Source: Desulfotignum sp.
Lineage (GTDB): Bacteria; Desulfobacterota; Desulfobacteria; Desulfobacterales; Desulfobacteraceae
Reading direction: 5' to 3'
NCBI GenBank assembly: GCA_011389575.1
Contig: JAABUB010000001.1
Coordinates: 36,079-100,078 of the forward strand
DNA length: 64,000 nucleotides
The number at the start of each line of letters is the position of its first letter. Position 1 is the stretch's first letter. A program made the translations under genes and the position numbers. A model generated the notes under the pieces. The model had not been told where the DNA came from. It saw nothing but the letters and a program-made list of their open reading frames with translations, and ran no database searches. Positions 1 through 9,077 of the stretch are shown here, piece after piece.

Positions 1-1036
1 TGCCCAGCCATCTGCCCTGGAGCACCAAAGGGATGGTACCGAAATACAGGTCCATTTTATCCTGGTCCACCCTGGCGCCGGACCGCCCGGCAGCAGCCGT
101 GATCCGTCCCCAGTTGGGATCTTCCCCGTAAATGGCGGTCTTGACCAGGTTGGAATGGGCAATGGCTTCTGCAGCCTTGAAAGCATCGGTCTGTGATGCT
201 GCCCCTGTTACCGTGATCTGCACCACCTTGGTGGCCCCCTCCCCGTCTTTTAAAATCTGTGCGGCAAGATTCATACAAACCGTTTCCAGCAGTTCCCGGA
301 ACACGGCCAGAGAAGCTGCATCCTGTATATGTGCCGGCCCGGTGCCCCCGGCCAGGCACAACAGTGTATCATTGGTGGAGGTGTCCCCGTCCACGGTGAT
401 GCGGTTGAATGATTTGTCACAGGCCCTTGTCAGAGCCTGCTGCAGGTCAGTGGCACTGATGTGCGCATCAGTGAGCACATAGGCCAGCATGGTGGCCATG
501 TCCGGTCTGATCATGCCCGATCCCTTTGCAACCCCTGCCATGGCAATGGTTCGGGCACCTTGGCCTGTTTCGATATCAGCGGTCATTTCAATGGTTTTAG
601 GAGCAAGATCCGTCGTGAGGATGGCATCGGCAAAATCCGCCAGCGTACCGCTGGTAATATGTGTTTTCAGCTGTGGCACCCCGGATGCAAATCTGTCCAT
701 GGGCATGGGGGCACCGATCACCCCGGTGGAACATACCATGACCAGGTCTGTGGGAATGCCGAAGGTGTCTGCCACCAGTTGTGTGCAAAGCTGTGCATCT
801 TTTATCCCCTGCTCTCCGGTAAAGCAGTTGGCATTGCCTGAGTTGACCAGTACAGCCTGGCATACGCCTTTTTTGATCATCTGCTGCCCCAGAATCACCG
901 GAGCGGCTTTGACCTGGTTTTTTGTAAACACGGCTGCAGCAGTTGCCGGTTTGTCACACAGGATCAATCCCAGGTCCCTGCGCCCGTTTTTTTTGATGCC
1001 GGCATGGATACCGGCAAATGACAATCCATTTATCAA
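1..1036 (-). CDS. argJ: Bifunctional ornithine acetyltransferase/N-acetylglutamate synthase (3' end runs off the window)
   Basis: Manual translation (absent from ORF track): LINGLSFAGIHAGIKKNGRRDLGLI...AAAVFTKNQVKAAPV...VLVNSGNANCFTG...KGSGMIRPDMATML. TTG at 1036 follows an AGGAG RBS; alternative in-frame ATG at 1078. Confidence 0.95.
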   Translation of the reverse strand, partial: MINGLSFAGIHAGIKKNGRRDLGLILCDKPATAAAVFTKNQVKAAPVILGQQMIKKGVCQAVLVNSGNANCFTGEQGIKDAQLCTQLVADTFGIPTDLVMVCSTGVIGAPMPMDRFASGVPQLKTHITSGTLADFADAILTTDLAPKTIEMTADIETGQGARTIAMAGVAKGSGMIRPDMATMLAYVLTDAHISATDLQQALTRACDKSFNRITVDGDTSTNDTLLCLAGGTGPAHIQDAASLAVFRELLETVCMNLAAQILKDGEGATKVVQITVTGAASQTDAFKAAEAIAHSNLVKTAIYGEDPNWGRITAAAGRSGARVDQDKMDLYFGTIPLVLQGRWLG

Positions 1037-1287
1037 AACTGGTTCACTCCTGATATGTTTTACATGGTTCACTGCCATTGCAATGCTCCAGAATATAAAA
1101 TGTGCATTATAGCCATGGAACCTAAGGGTGTAAATAAATATGTGAAGGACTCGAATTTGAGAACTTCGAATAGCTGAGAAAAAAATTTCGGTTCTGCTGT
1201 CTGGATGTCAGCTTTTTTTTATCGGGATGCCTGTGACAGGCGCCATGCGGCAGAATAGCAGCAACGCATAGCATTTTGTGTCTATGT

Positions 1288-1363
1288 GCCGCCCCTGCCG
1301 GTGTCCTGTGCCCGGCCCGAGATTGTCATCTGACGGCCCTGGCACAGAACACCGGCAGGGGGC
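1288..1363. repeat. GC-rich long inverted repeat/hairpin in the intergenic region upstream of argJ
   Basis: Arms CCCCTGCCGGTGTCCTGTGCC and GGCACAGAACACCGGCAGGGG (21 bp, one mismatch that is a G-U pair on the minus strand), with inner GGCC and AGAT/ATCT pairing. Confidence 0.85.
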
Positions 1364-1487
1364 TCCCGAAAGATGCTCCCAGCCGATGGGTTCAGTTTGC
1401 CGGCATTGCGTATATCAAAATTCTACCAGCACTTTTGTTGGCTGCAAAAATTACATATACCATTACTGTTAAATTTGGGAGTAGACG

Positions 1488-1600
1488 ATGAATAAATATG
1501 AGATAATCATCTATTGAAGTGAGAGTGATAAATTATTTCTTGCAGAAGTCCCAGAACTCCCTGGATGTATGGCTGATGGTCATAGTTATCAGGATATTCA
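1488..1600 (+). pseudogene. hicB: HicB-family antitoxin fragment with nonsense codon
   Basis: MNKYEIIIY*SESDKLFLAEVPELPGCMADGHSYQD; TGA at 1515-1517 sits where Trp is expected; similarity is lost after about 1600. Overlapped by LGVDDE*, resembling a HicA C-terminus. Confidence 0.8.
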
Positions 1601-1676
1601 TGTTTTTGCCATGAGCCGAGGAAAATTTATAATTTTATGTTGAAAAGCGCTTTAAAGTCCACATTGCCTCGACCTG

Positions 1677-2597
1677 TCATTCGTTTTGCGGCCTTTCGAG
1701 TATCAAAAGCAGCGGCCGCCTGTCATCCGGATAGGTTTCTGTTGGGATATTATTGTTATCAAGGATCACATAGACATGATTACCATCCATGCAGAGTCCT
1801 TCGGCCTTGCCGTATTTCATATCCGCATACCTGTATGCTTTTTCTGTGACCACATGCCTGTAGGACCATGATTCCAGGGGCTCATACCTATTGTTTTTCA
1901 CTGTCATCCGCGTGACCGCATAGGCATTTCTTTCAAGCACATAAAGACTGTTTTCCTCATAAAAGAGTCCTGAAAAATCAGGGCTGCGCCCGGGCGGAAA
2001 CTCAAGCAGTGTTTCCCGGGCCTGCCTGGCAGCCACTTCAGGTGGGTTCAAAGACATATCAACACTGACAAATCCCCGGGGCTGGCGTTCGGCGCAGAGA
2101 ATGAACGCGTTCTGTCCCGTCAGAGCGATACCTTCAAAATAGGCGTTGTTAGTTTTGAAAAGGTCCGCGGCATTTCCCTGGGGTTTCAGGCTGTCCGTAA
2201 TCCAGGAAGCGCTCTTTCCATCCGTGGATACCCGGAGTATGCGGAAAAATGATTCACTGACAAGATAGAAATTTCCGAGACTGTCCGTGGCAATACCTTC
2301 GAAATCATAATTCTGTGTGTAGGAGATTTCAGCGATGCTGGGTGCATTGAAAATCAAACAGGGTTCCATTACTGCTGTGTCAGACGTCAGCCGGATCGAA
2401 AAAACCGTGCTGTCGTGTTTGTCTGAAACAGTGTAAAGGATTCCTTGCCAGAGGGTTAGCCCGGACGGCTGATTGTTTTCAGGGCCATCAACAAAAAGCG
2501 CCTTGTGAAGCACCAGCGGTTTGACCGGATACCCGCAGAAAGCATCGGAGACAAAAAAAATCAGCACAATACCTGTAAAAAAGAAAAATTTATTCAT
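1677..2597 (-). CDS. Exported beta-propeller protein (SdiA-regulated/phytase-like esterase family)
   Basis: Signal-like N-terminus MNKFFFFTGIVLIFFVSDAFC; repeated blade motifs QPSGL, DFEGIA, YFEGIA, DFSGL, KAEGL. Start moved from 2705 to ATG 2597. Confidence 0.7.
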   Translation of the reverse strand: MNKFFFFTGIVLIFFVSDAFCGYPVKPLVLHKALFVDGPENNQPSGLTLWQGILYTVSDKHDSTVFSIRLTSDTAVMEPCLIFNAPSIAEISYTQNYDFEGIATDSLGNFYLVSESFFRILRVSTDGKSASWITDSLKPQGNAADLFKTNNAYFEGIALTGQNAFILCAERQPRGFVSVDMSLNPPEVAARQARETLLEFPPGRSPDFSGLFYEENSLYVLERNAYAVTRMTVKNNRYEPLESWSYRHVVTEKAYRYADMKYGKAEGLCMDGNHVYVILDNNNIPTETYPDDRRPLLLILERPQNE

Positions 2598-2658
2598 CAG
2601 CTCGCCCAAGCAAATTCGAATATTGTCAAATTTATCGGTCCCCTGGTATCCTTTGAAA

Positions 2659-2883
2659 ATGGACAATATCAAACAAGCCATACGTTCCGTGATCAAAGAT
2701 ACCACCGAACTTGATTCTATTTGCAGTGTGCTTATAAATGCGGCAGAAAAGGCTGAACAAGAAGGATTGCCTTATCAAACACTGATTACAACAGTCTTGC
2801 ACAAATACATCACAAATCAACTAGTTGAAAAAGAGGAAATCCTGAAATCAATTCGGTTGTTAAAAGAAGAACGGGTTATATAA
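2659..2883 (+). pseudogene. Truncated/chimeric ribbon-helix-helix (CopG/BrnA-like) antitoxin remnant
   Basis: C-terminal KAEQEGLPYQTLITTVLHKY is the GxxYQTxI helix motif of these antitoxins; the expected N-terminal part and a cognate toxin are missing. Confidence 0.6.
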
Positions 2884-3011
2884 CCAGCAATTGGACGTTA
2901 ACCAAGCAGTTTAAATTCAATTGACTCAAGGCATACCAGCCATTCTGCAAAATACAGGTGCATAGCAACCAGTTTGTGGCGAAGGATGTGGTTACAACCA
3001 ACCATCCACTG

Positions 3012-3941
3012 TCATGCGATGGGAGGGGGTGGCAACGGCAGTTCTCCTTTTTTCAGGGCAACCCGTGCCTTTTTCACTGGGATCATAGATTCACAGGGGA
3101 CCTTGACCTGGCACAGGCCGCATCCATATCCCTCGAATCCATAGGCTTCCTGGACATGTTTCCGGGATAAGGCCAGGTGCTGCCGGCATTTTTCCTTATC
3201 ATGCCCTGCCGCTGTGATGGCCCGGGCAGGACACCGGTCAATGCATTTGCCGCAGGTGCCGTCTGTGTAGAAGAGACAATAGGCGTGATGGTCTGCATAG
3301 GGGCGGGGTGTGGGATCGATGGAAAGTTTTGCCACAACAGATCCTGTCCGCATGGCTTTGCCTTTTTCGGTAATCAGACCGTCACACAACCCGAATGTGC
3401 CAAGACCTGCTGCATGGGCTGCATGCCGTTCCGACCAGGAAGAGGCATAGGAAAACCGCGCGGATTTGACAATGGTCCAGTTGGGCACCATCATCGGCGC
3501 TACAGCTGGATGACCATGCGCTTCCAGGCGGTGGACCAGATGATGCCTCAGCGCCATGTTGCATTTTTCACCAAACACCCGGATCCTGGCCCATTCTTGG
3601 GCAGGAAATCGTTTTTCTTTTTTATTGGCATCCCGGACCGGTTTGCGCTGGGGCAGAATCCAGGAGATAACTGTCAGCTGCTCTGCACTGACATTTTCCT
3701 GGGGCAGGTGCTGATTGAACACCTCCCACGGGGTCCAGTGAAACGCGCCGACATACTCTTTGTATTGCTGCCAGAGTGGGTCCGCTCCGGAAGCAAACCC
3801 AACCAGGGCCTGGTCCCAGGCTGGCTCACCAGTGCTGTCTTCCATTGTGTTCAGCAATGATGTGGCAATAAAATCCTTGATTGTCTTTTTGACCCAATCC
3901 CCGGAAATATTGGACTGCTCTGCCATGATGATCTCCTGCAA
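3012..3941 (-). CDS. QueG/reductive-dehalogenase-like 4Fe-4S protein
   Basis: WSERHAAHAAGLGTFGL motif; Cys clusters YC...CGKCIDRCP and EKC...GCGLCQVKVPC. True start may be MAEQ at 3926. Confidence 0.75.
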   Translation of the reverse strand: MQEIIMAEQSNISGDWVKKTIKDFIATSLLNTMEDSTGEPAWDQALVGFASGADPLWQQYKEYVGAFHWTPWEVFNQHLPQENVSAEQLTVISWILPQRKPVRDANKKEKRFPAQEWARIRVFGEKCNMALRHHLVHRLEAHGHPAVAPMMVPNWTIVKSARFSYASSWSERHAAHAAGLGTFGLCDGLITEKGKAMRTGSVVAKLSIDPTPRPYADHHAYCLFYTDGTCGKCIDRCPARAITAAGHDKEKCRQHLALSRKHVQEAYGFEGYGCGLCQVKVPCESMIPVKKARVALKKGELPLPPPPIA

Positions 3942-4079
3942 AAATCTGTTTTAATGATGAAACCCTTTTTGAATTTTATCTTATAAGGATACCAATACCA
4001 GTTAAAAAATGCTATAGTTGGTTTTCCAGCAAACTGTACCAGTGTGGGTAATTTTTTTATAAAGGTGCAAAAAGTTCAT

Positions 4080-4538
4080 ATGGGTGACCATTTTCTGGAA
4101 GGCTGTTTGTTTTTTAATGTAAATGCGTTTTCACGGCAGATGCTGAAACTTGCGGAAACCAGTTTTGCGCCGTTGCAGCTCTCCCCTGCCCATGCCTCCC
4201 TGATGCTTATCCTGTATGAAAATCCAGGCATAAGTCCAAAGAAACTTGGGAATATGTTGCAGCTTACTCCCTCCACCATCACCCGGTTCATTGATGCGCT
4301 GGCCAAAAAAAAGATGGTAAAAAGAAAATCCAGCGGCAAAACCAGCGCTATATTTTCCACGGACAAAGGCCATGAAATAAAACCTGCCATTGCCCGGGCC
4401 TACCAGGAGTTTTATCAAAATTATACCCGTATTCTGGGAACCGATAAAGCCCACAGACTGGCCCTTCAGATCAGCCGCGCCAATGAAGCATTCTCCGGGT
4501 TATCCGGGGAAGATTCGGCCCATGATTCAGAACTTTAA
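4080..4538 (+). CDS. MarR-family transcriptional regulator
   Basis: Winged HTH: LSPAHASLMLILYENPGISPKKLGNMLQLTPSTITRFIDALAKKKMVKR; overlaps the truA start. Confidence 0.9.
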   Translation: MGDHFLEGCLFFNVNAFSRQMLKLAETSFAPLQLSPAHASLMLILYENPGISPKKLGNMLQLTPSTITRFIDALAKKKMVKRKSSGKTSAIFSTDKGHEIKPAIARAYQEFYQNYTRILGTDKAHRLALQISRANEAFSGLSGEDSAHDSEL

Positions 4539-5265
4539 ACTGACCATAGAATATGACGGCACCGGTTTTTTTGGATGGCAGCGCCAGGCAGACAAACCCA
4601 CCATCCAGGAAGAGCTGGAACTGGTGTTGTCCCGCATTTTGAACCAGCCTGTATTCCTGGCCGGTTCCGGCCGCACCGATGCCGGGGTCCATGCCCGGGG
4701 CCAGGTGGCCTCTTTTTGTGCTGATACGAATATGGATTCTTGGGTGCTGCAAAAAGGGGTGAACAGTCTGATGAAGCTTCCCATTGTTCTGACAGAATGC
4801 ATCCGGGTTTCTGATGAGTTTCATGCCCGGTATTCTGCGGTTTCAAAGCAATACCATTACCATATCCTCAACAGAGAAATCCCCTGCGCTGTTGGCAGAA
4901 ACTATATCTGGCACATCCATACCCTGCTGGATGCAGCTGCCATGAACCATTGCAGCTCCCTGTTATGCGGAACCCATGATTTCAAGTCTTTTGAAAATAC
5001 CGGTGCGCCAAGACGCTCCACCGTGCGCACGGTGTTTGCGGCTCAGGTGAATGAACAGCCTGGCAGCCGTCTGGTATTCAGCATCTGCGCGGACGGTTTT
5101 TTGAAAAACATGGTGAGAAATATTGTGGGCAGCCTGGTGGATGCGGGCAGGCATAAAATAACTGTGAAAGATTTTGAAAGCATTCTGTCGGCAAAGGACC
5201 GGTCCCTTGCCGGTGCCACCGCACCGGCAAGGGGGTTGTTTTTAAAACAGGTGAACTACGCCTGA
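4522..5265 (+). CDS. truA: tRNA pseudouridine(38-40) synthase
   Basis: KLTIEYDGTGFFGWQRQ, GSGRTDAGVHARGQV, GFLKNMVRNIVG, ATAPARGLFL; start ATG 4522. Confidence 0.97.
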   Translation: MIQNFKLTIEYDGTGFFGWQRQADKPTIQEELELVLSRILNQPVFLAGSGRTDAGVHARGQVASFCADTNMDSWVLQKGVNSLMKLPIVLTECIRVSDEFHARYSAVSKQYHYHILNREIPCAVGRNYIWHIHTLLDAAAMNHCSSLLCGTHDFKSFENTGAPRRSTVRTVFAAQVNEQPGSRLVFSICADGFLKNMVRNIVGSLVDAGRHKITVKDFESILSAKDRSLAGATAPARGLFLKQVNYA

Positions 5266-7076
5266 GGCTTTTCTTTGGCCGGGGTCTGAAAAGATTTTTT
5301 TTCCGGATCTGATCCGGGTTCCCTGATTTTCTGCACATGCCGGTTGTAGTGGGCAATGATGTCCCGCCGGTAGATCAGGCCGATCAGTTCTTTGTGATTT
5401 TCTTCATTCACCACGGGCAGGGCATCGATATTTTTCTGGGTCAGTTTGTGCAGCACTGTGTTCAGATCTTCGGCCGGGGTGGTGATGATCAGATCCGAAA
5501 TCATGATGTCCTTCATGACCACCAGGTCTTCAATGTGAATGGTGAAGATCACTTCCCGGATATCATTGGATGAAAATATGCCGGCAAACTCCCCTTTTGC
5601 ATTGTTCACAGGAAAATAATGCTGTTTGGTGGTCTGGAAAATGGATTTGAATTCGGAAAACGGCATGTTTTCATTGACACATTGCACCTTTTTGATCAAA
5701 TGATCCAGATCTTCCACCTTCATGGTCTGGAGGATATCCATCATGAATTCACCGGCATGGGCCGGGGAATCCACCCGGGATTTCACCTGGTTCTCAAAAA
5801 TGGTGAACCGCCGGGACAACAGATAGCACAAAGAACATACCAGCAGACTGGGCAACAGCAGGTGATAGGAATTGGTCATTTCACTGACGAAAATGATGGT
5901 GGAAATAGGGGTATTGGAAACAGAGGTGAAAAAACCGGCCATGCCCACAATAACGAATGCACCCGGATGGGTGACCACAGTGGGGATGAACATGTGAAAT
6001 ATTTTGCCCACTGCCCCGCCCAGGGCACCCCCGATAACCACGGACGGTCCGAACACCCCGCCGCTGCCGCCGGAGCCTATGGAAAAGGAAGTGGTGAAAA
6101 TTTTGCCGATGGCCAGGGCGATGAGGGTGGAGATGGCTACCTGGTTGAAAATGGCATTCTGGGCCATGCCATAGCCGAATGCCAGGGTATAGGGCAGAAA
6201 AAATCCGATAATGCCGGTGCACAGACCGCCGATGGCAGGTTTTATATGGTTGGGGACCGCAAGTTTTTTAAAAAATTCCACCAGGCCGTAAAACACCTTG
6301 ACATACATATAGCCGAACACCACCAGAACTCCTGCCAGTATAATATAAGGTCCCAGCTCCAGCGGGTTTTGAAATTTGAACCCGGGAGAATCAAACAATG
6401 ATCCCCAGCCGAATACCAGGCAGAAAACACAATATGCCACCACCGAAGAGATACCTGCCGGAATGATGACTTCTGATTCAAAATCCGGATCCCGGTACAA
6501 TACCTCGGCAGCAAACAGGGCCCCGGCCAGGGGGGCCCGGAATATACTGCCCACCCCGGCACCGATACCGGCGGCCATCATGATGCGGCGCTCTCTTTCC
6601 GACAGTTTGAAGCGGGTGGCCAGAAATGAGCCGAACCCGGAACCGATCTGGGCAATGGGCCCTTCCCTGCCCCCGGATCCGCCGGTGGTCAGGGTGATGG
6701 TGGAAGCAATGGTCTTGATGATGGGAATCCTGCCCCGGATCATTCCGCCCTTGTTGTGGTATGCGTCAATGGCAGCATCTGTACCATGGCCTTCTGCTTC
6801 AGGTGCAAAGGTGTATACCAGCCAGCCGGACACGATACCTCCCAGGGCCGGCAGAATCAGCAGCATCCACCGGTTGAACGGCGTATTGGTGGAGGGCAGC
6901 AGGGCATGTTCCCCGGCCGGTGCATCCGGCCGGTATCCTGCCATCATATCCAGAAAATAGTGCATGCCAAGGCCGCACAGGTAATGAAAAAGAACAGCAC
7001 CAAGGCCTGCGATCAGGCCGATGAGCACAAAATAAAACGACCATCTGAAGGCCACTTTAAAATCAAGTGTTCCCAT
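5256..7076 (-). CDS. ClC chloride channel/H+-Cl- antiporter with C-terminal CBS pair
   Basis: GGSGGREGP, FRAPLAGALFAAE, GGSGGVFGP motifs, many TM helices, CBS domains. Start 7076 preferred (ORF extends to 7142). Confidence 0.92.
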   Translation of the reverse strand: MGTLDFKVAFRWSFYFVLIGLIAGLGAVLFHYLCGLGMHYFLDMMAGYRPDAPAGEHALLPSTNTPFNRWMLLILPALGGIVSGWLVYTFAPEAEGHGTDAAIDAYHNKGGMIRGRIPIIKTIASTITLTTGGSGGREGPIAQIGSGFGSFLATRFKLSERERRIMMAAGIGAGVGSIFRAPLAGALFAAEVLYRDPDFESEVIIPAGISSVVAYCVFCLVFGWGSLFDSPGFKFQNPLELGPYIILAGVLVVFGYMYVKVFYGLVEFFKKLAVPNHIKPAIGGLCTGIIGFFLPYTLAFGYGMAQNAIFNQVAISTLIALAIGKIFTTSFSIGSGGSGGVFGPSVVIGGALGGAVGKIFHMFIPTVVTHPGAFVIVGMAGFFTSVSNTPISTIIFVSEMTNSYHLLLPSLLVCSLCYLLSRRFTIFENQVKSRVDSPAHAGEFMMDILQTMKVEDLDHLIKKVQCVNENMPFSEFKSIFQTTKQHYFPVNNAKGEFAGIFSSNDIREVIFTIHIEDLVVMKDIMISDLIITTPAEDLNTVLHKLTQKNIDALPVVNEENHKELIGLIYRRDIIAHYNRHVQKIREPGSDPEKKSFQTPAKEKPQA

Positions 7077-7098
7077 GTTCCCAGGTCCTTTCAGTGGT

Positions 7099-8415
7099 TC
7101 AGGTAGTGCGAAGATCCTTGATGCCGCTGACAATGATATCAAACAAGGGCTTCACATCTTTTTCTTCCAGACAGGAAAACGCTATCCGGATATTTTTCTC
7201 GCCGATGGCAATCAGGCCCACCCCGTAAGCGTCCAGCAGGTGAAGGCGCAATTGTTCCGCATGCACATCCTTGAGGCGGATGCACATGAAATATCCTGAA
7301 TTAAAGGGATATACATCAAAATAGGATGCATATGCCGGGTTCTTCAACGTTTTTTTTATCAAGGCGGCCCGCTGTTTGAGCAGAGTGAATTTTTCCTGTT
7401 TCTGGGCATGGTAGTCAGGATCGGCCATGGCCTTGAGCAGAATGGTCTGGCCCAGGTGGGAGGCATTGGAAATATTGCCCCTGATGCAGCCGGCGGTTTT
7501 TTGTTCAAGGGCCTGGTAAATATCTTCTGTTCCCTGGTCCGCTGCAAGGCCATAGGTGATAAAACCAAGCCGAAATCCCCATACATAGTCTTCTTTTGTG
7601 GCGCCGTCCAGCTTAACAGCCAAAAGCCGTTTGTGCCTGCCCGCAAGTTTTGCAAACAAAGATTCCTTACTGGTCTGTTCTTCAAAAAACAGTCCGAAAT
7701 ACGCATCATCACAGACAGCCACCACATTCGTCCCTTTTTGTGCCGTGTCCAGAAGAATGGCAGCAACCTGGTCAGCCTCTTTTTTGCTCAGAGAATATCC
7801 GCTGGGATTGTGGGGAAAATTAAGCATTACCACCACTTTGTCATTCTGTGCAGCCCGGGTCTGGAGCACAGATGCAAAATCTTCCACATTGAACCGGGTC
7901 AATGCATCATCATAGGCTTTGAAATGTACGATTTTTGCGTGGTTGCGCACAGTAAAGGTCATGTTATAGTTGCCCCACATCATGTCCGGCATCACAATGA
8001 CATCTTCGTTGTTCACCCACATATCTGAGAACACACTGACACCATGGGTGATGCCCGAAGTCACCACCGGCAGGCTGACAACACTGCCTTCCAGAGAGGG
8101 GTTTTTTTGAAACAGATTTTTTTTCCATTGCTCCCGCAGACCGGGGATGCCGAAAGACGGGGCATAGGGCAGATAAGCATCCGGCGCAATACCGGTGATA
8201 TACCGGGTGACACAGGGCAGACTCAGTACGCTGCCGCCCTGTTTTGCAATGCCGATGGTGGCATTGATTCTATGGGCTTTGGTTCTGGCCTCTGCACTCT
8301 GGCTTAAAATCCCTTTGGGAAAAAACAATGCTTTTCCCATATCGGAAAGCATGTCATAAATATGGGGATTGGCTTGTGTGATGGTGGTGTTCAACTGCTG
8401 TGCAATCACATTCAT
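7099..8415 (-). CDS. Class I/II PLP-dependent aminotransferase
   Basis: LNFPHNPSGY, CDDAYFGLF, DGATKEDYVWGFRLG (PLP lysine), IRIAFS. Confidence 0.9.
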   Translation of the reverse strand: MNVIAQQLNTTITQANPHIYDMLSDMGKALFFPKGILSQSAEARTKAHRINATIGIAKQGGSVLSLPCVTRYITGIAPDAYLPYAPSFGIPGLREQWKKNLFQKNPSLEGSVVSLPVVTSGITHGVSVFSDMWVNNEDVIVMPDMMWGNYNMTFTVRNHAKIVHFKAYDDALTRFNVEDFASVLQTRAAQNDKVVVMLNFPHNPSGYSLSKKEADQVAAILLDTAQKGTNVVAVCDDAYFGLFFEEQTSKESLFAKLAGRHKRLLAVKLDGATKEDYVWGFRLGFITYGLAADQGTEDIYQALEQKTAGCIRGNISNASHLGQTILLKAMADPDYHAQKQEKFTLLKQRAALIKKTLKNPAYASYFDVYPFNSGYFMCIRLKDVHAEQLRLHLLDAYGVGLIAIGEKNIRIAFSCLEEKDVKPLFDIIVSGIKDLRTT

Positions 8416-8545
8416 GGGTATATTTCCTAAGCAAAATATCAGGGTCAAAAAAAGGCGGCCGCAGCCATGTCAGCACCCTGAAATGAAAAACTCTGCAGCT
8501 TTACAGGAGAAAAAACCACAGAGTTCACAATAGCGGTCAAAAAAA

Positions 8546-8818
8546 CTATTTTCTCTTGGATGCTTTGATGGGGTTAAGTTTTTGTTTTTTGCCGGCGGCA
8601 ACGGTCTTGATATGGGTAGCAATGTTGCAGTTGCCGTTTTTCCATTTTAAAGACGGGTCCGGTGCTGCTGTGCAGTACATGCCTGTGGGATACTCGGAAA
8701 TTCTCTGGCACCCCATGCATTCCTCCACAACCGGCAGACAATGGCCTTCATTATAGCTGCAGCCGGCTGCTGTCATAAACACACAGTCATCACCTTCTCT
8801 TACGGTGGTACAAATCAT
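8546..8818 (-). CDS. PxxKW-family cysteine-rich small protein
   Basis: Eight Cys, PSLKW motif, basic tail KLNPIKASKRK. Confidence 0.85.
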   Translation of the reverse strand: MICTTVREGDDCVFMTAAGCSYNEGHCLPVVEECMGCQRISEYPTGMYCTAAPDPSLKWKNGNCNIATHIKTVAAGKKQKLNPIKASKRK

Positions 8819-9077
8819 GATAAAATCCCTAATTCCTGTTGGTTTGATTTATAAAAACCCAGAAACCCCTTTTTTTTTCGGATATTTTTGGGCTGTTTTT
8901 TTCTGGCACATACCTGCCTGAAACGATAAACCTTAATCAAATATCATAAAATCAGACAAGGTGTCAATCATAGATTATTTCATCCCCCGGAAAACCACAT
9001 ATTTTTTTGTGGGCAAACCACGGCAAAAAGTGTATAACTCTTATCTGGAAATCTTAAATATCACCAACCACAACCAG

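Noticed and set aside
1360-1410. c-di-GMP-I riboswitch (GGCAAAC on the minus strand)
   Set aside because: The GAAA tetraloop stem and GACGCAAA segment do not follow.
1515-1517. hicB TGA as selenocysteine or genetic-code change
   Set aside because: It is at a Trp position, I see no SECIS-like hairpin at the 22-nt spacing, the gene is truncated, and TGA is a normal stop in many genes here.
2875-2910. Integron attC site after the antitoxin remnant
   Set aside because: TAAC...GTTA spans only 20 nt, with no L boxes, cassette array or integrase.
3012-3941. Calling this gene queG or rdhA
   Set aside because: Diagnostic QueG motifs, Tat signal and rdhB are not visible, and queH is present.
5256-7142. 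Fluoride exporter CLC-F or fluoride riboswitch
   Set aside because: The motif is GREGP rather than GREGT, and no riboswitch pattern or leader space lies upstream.
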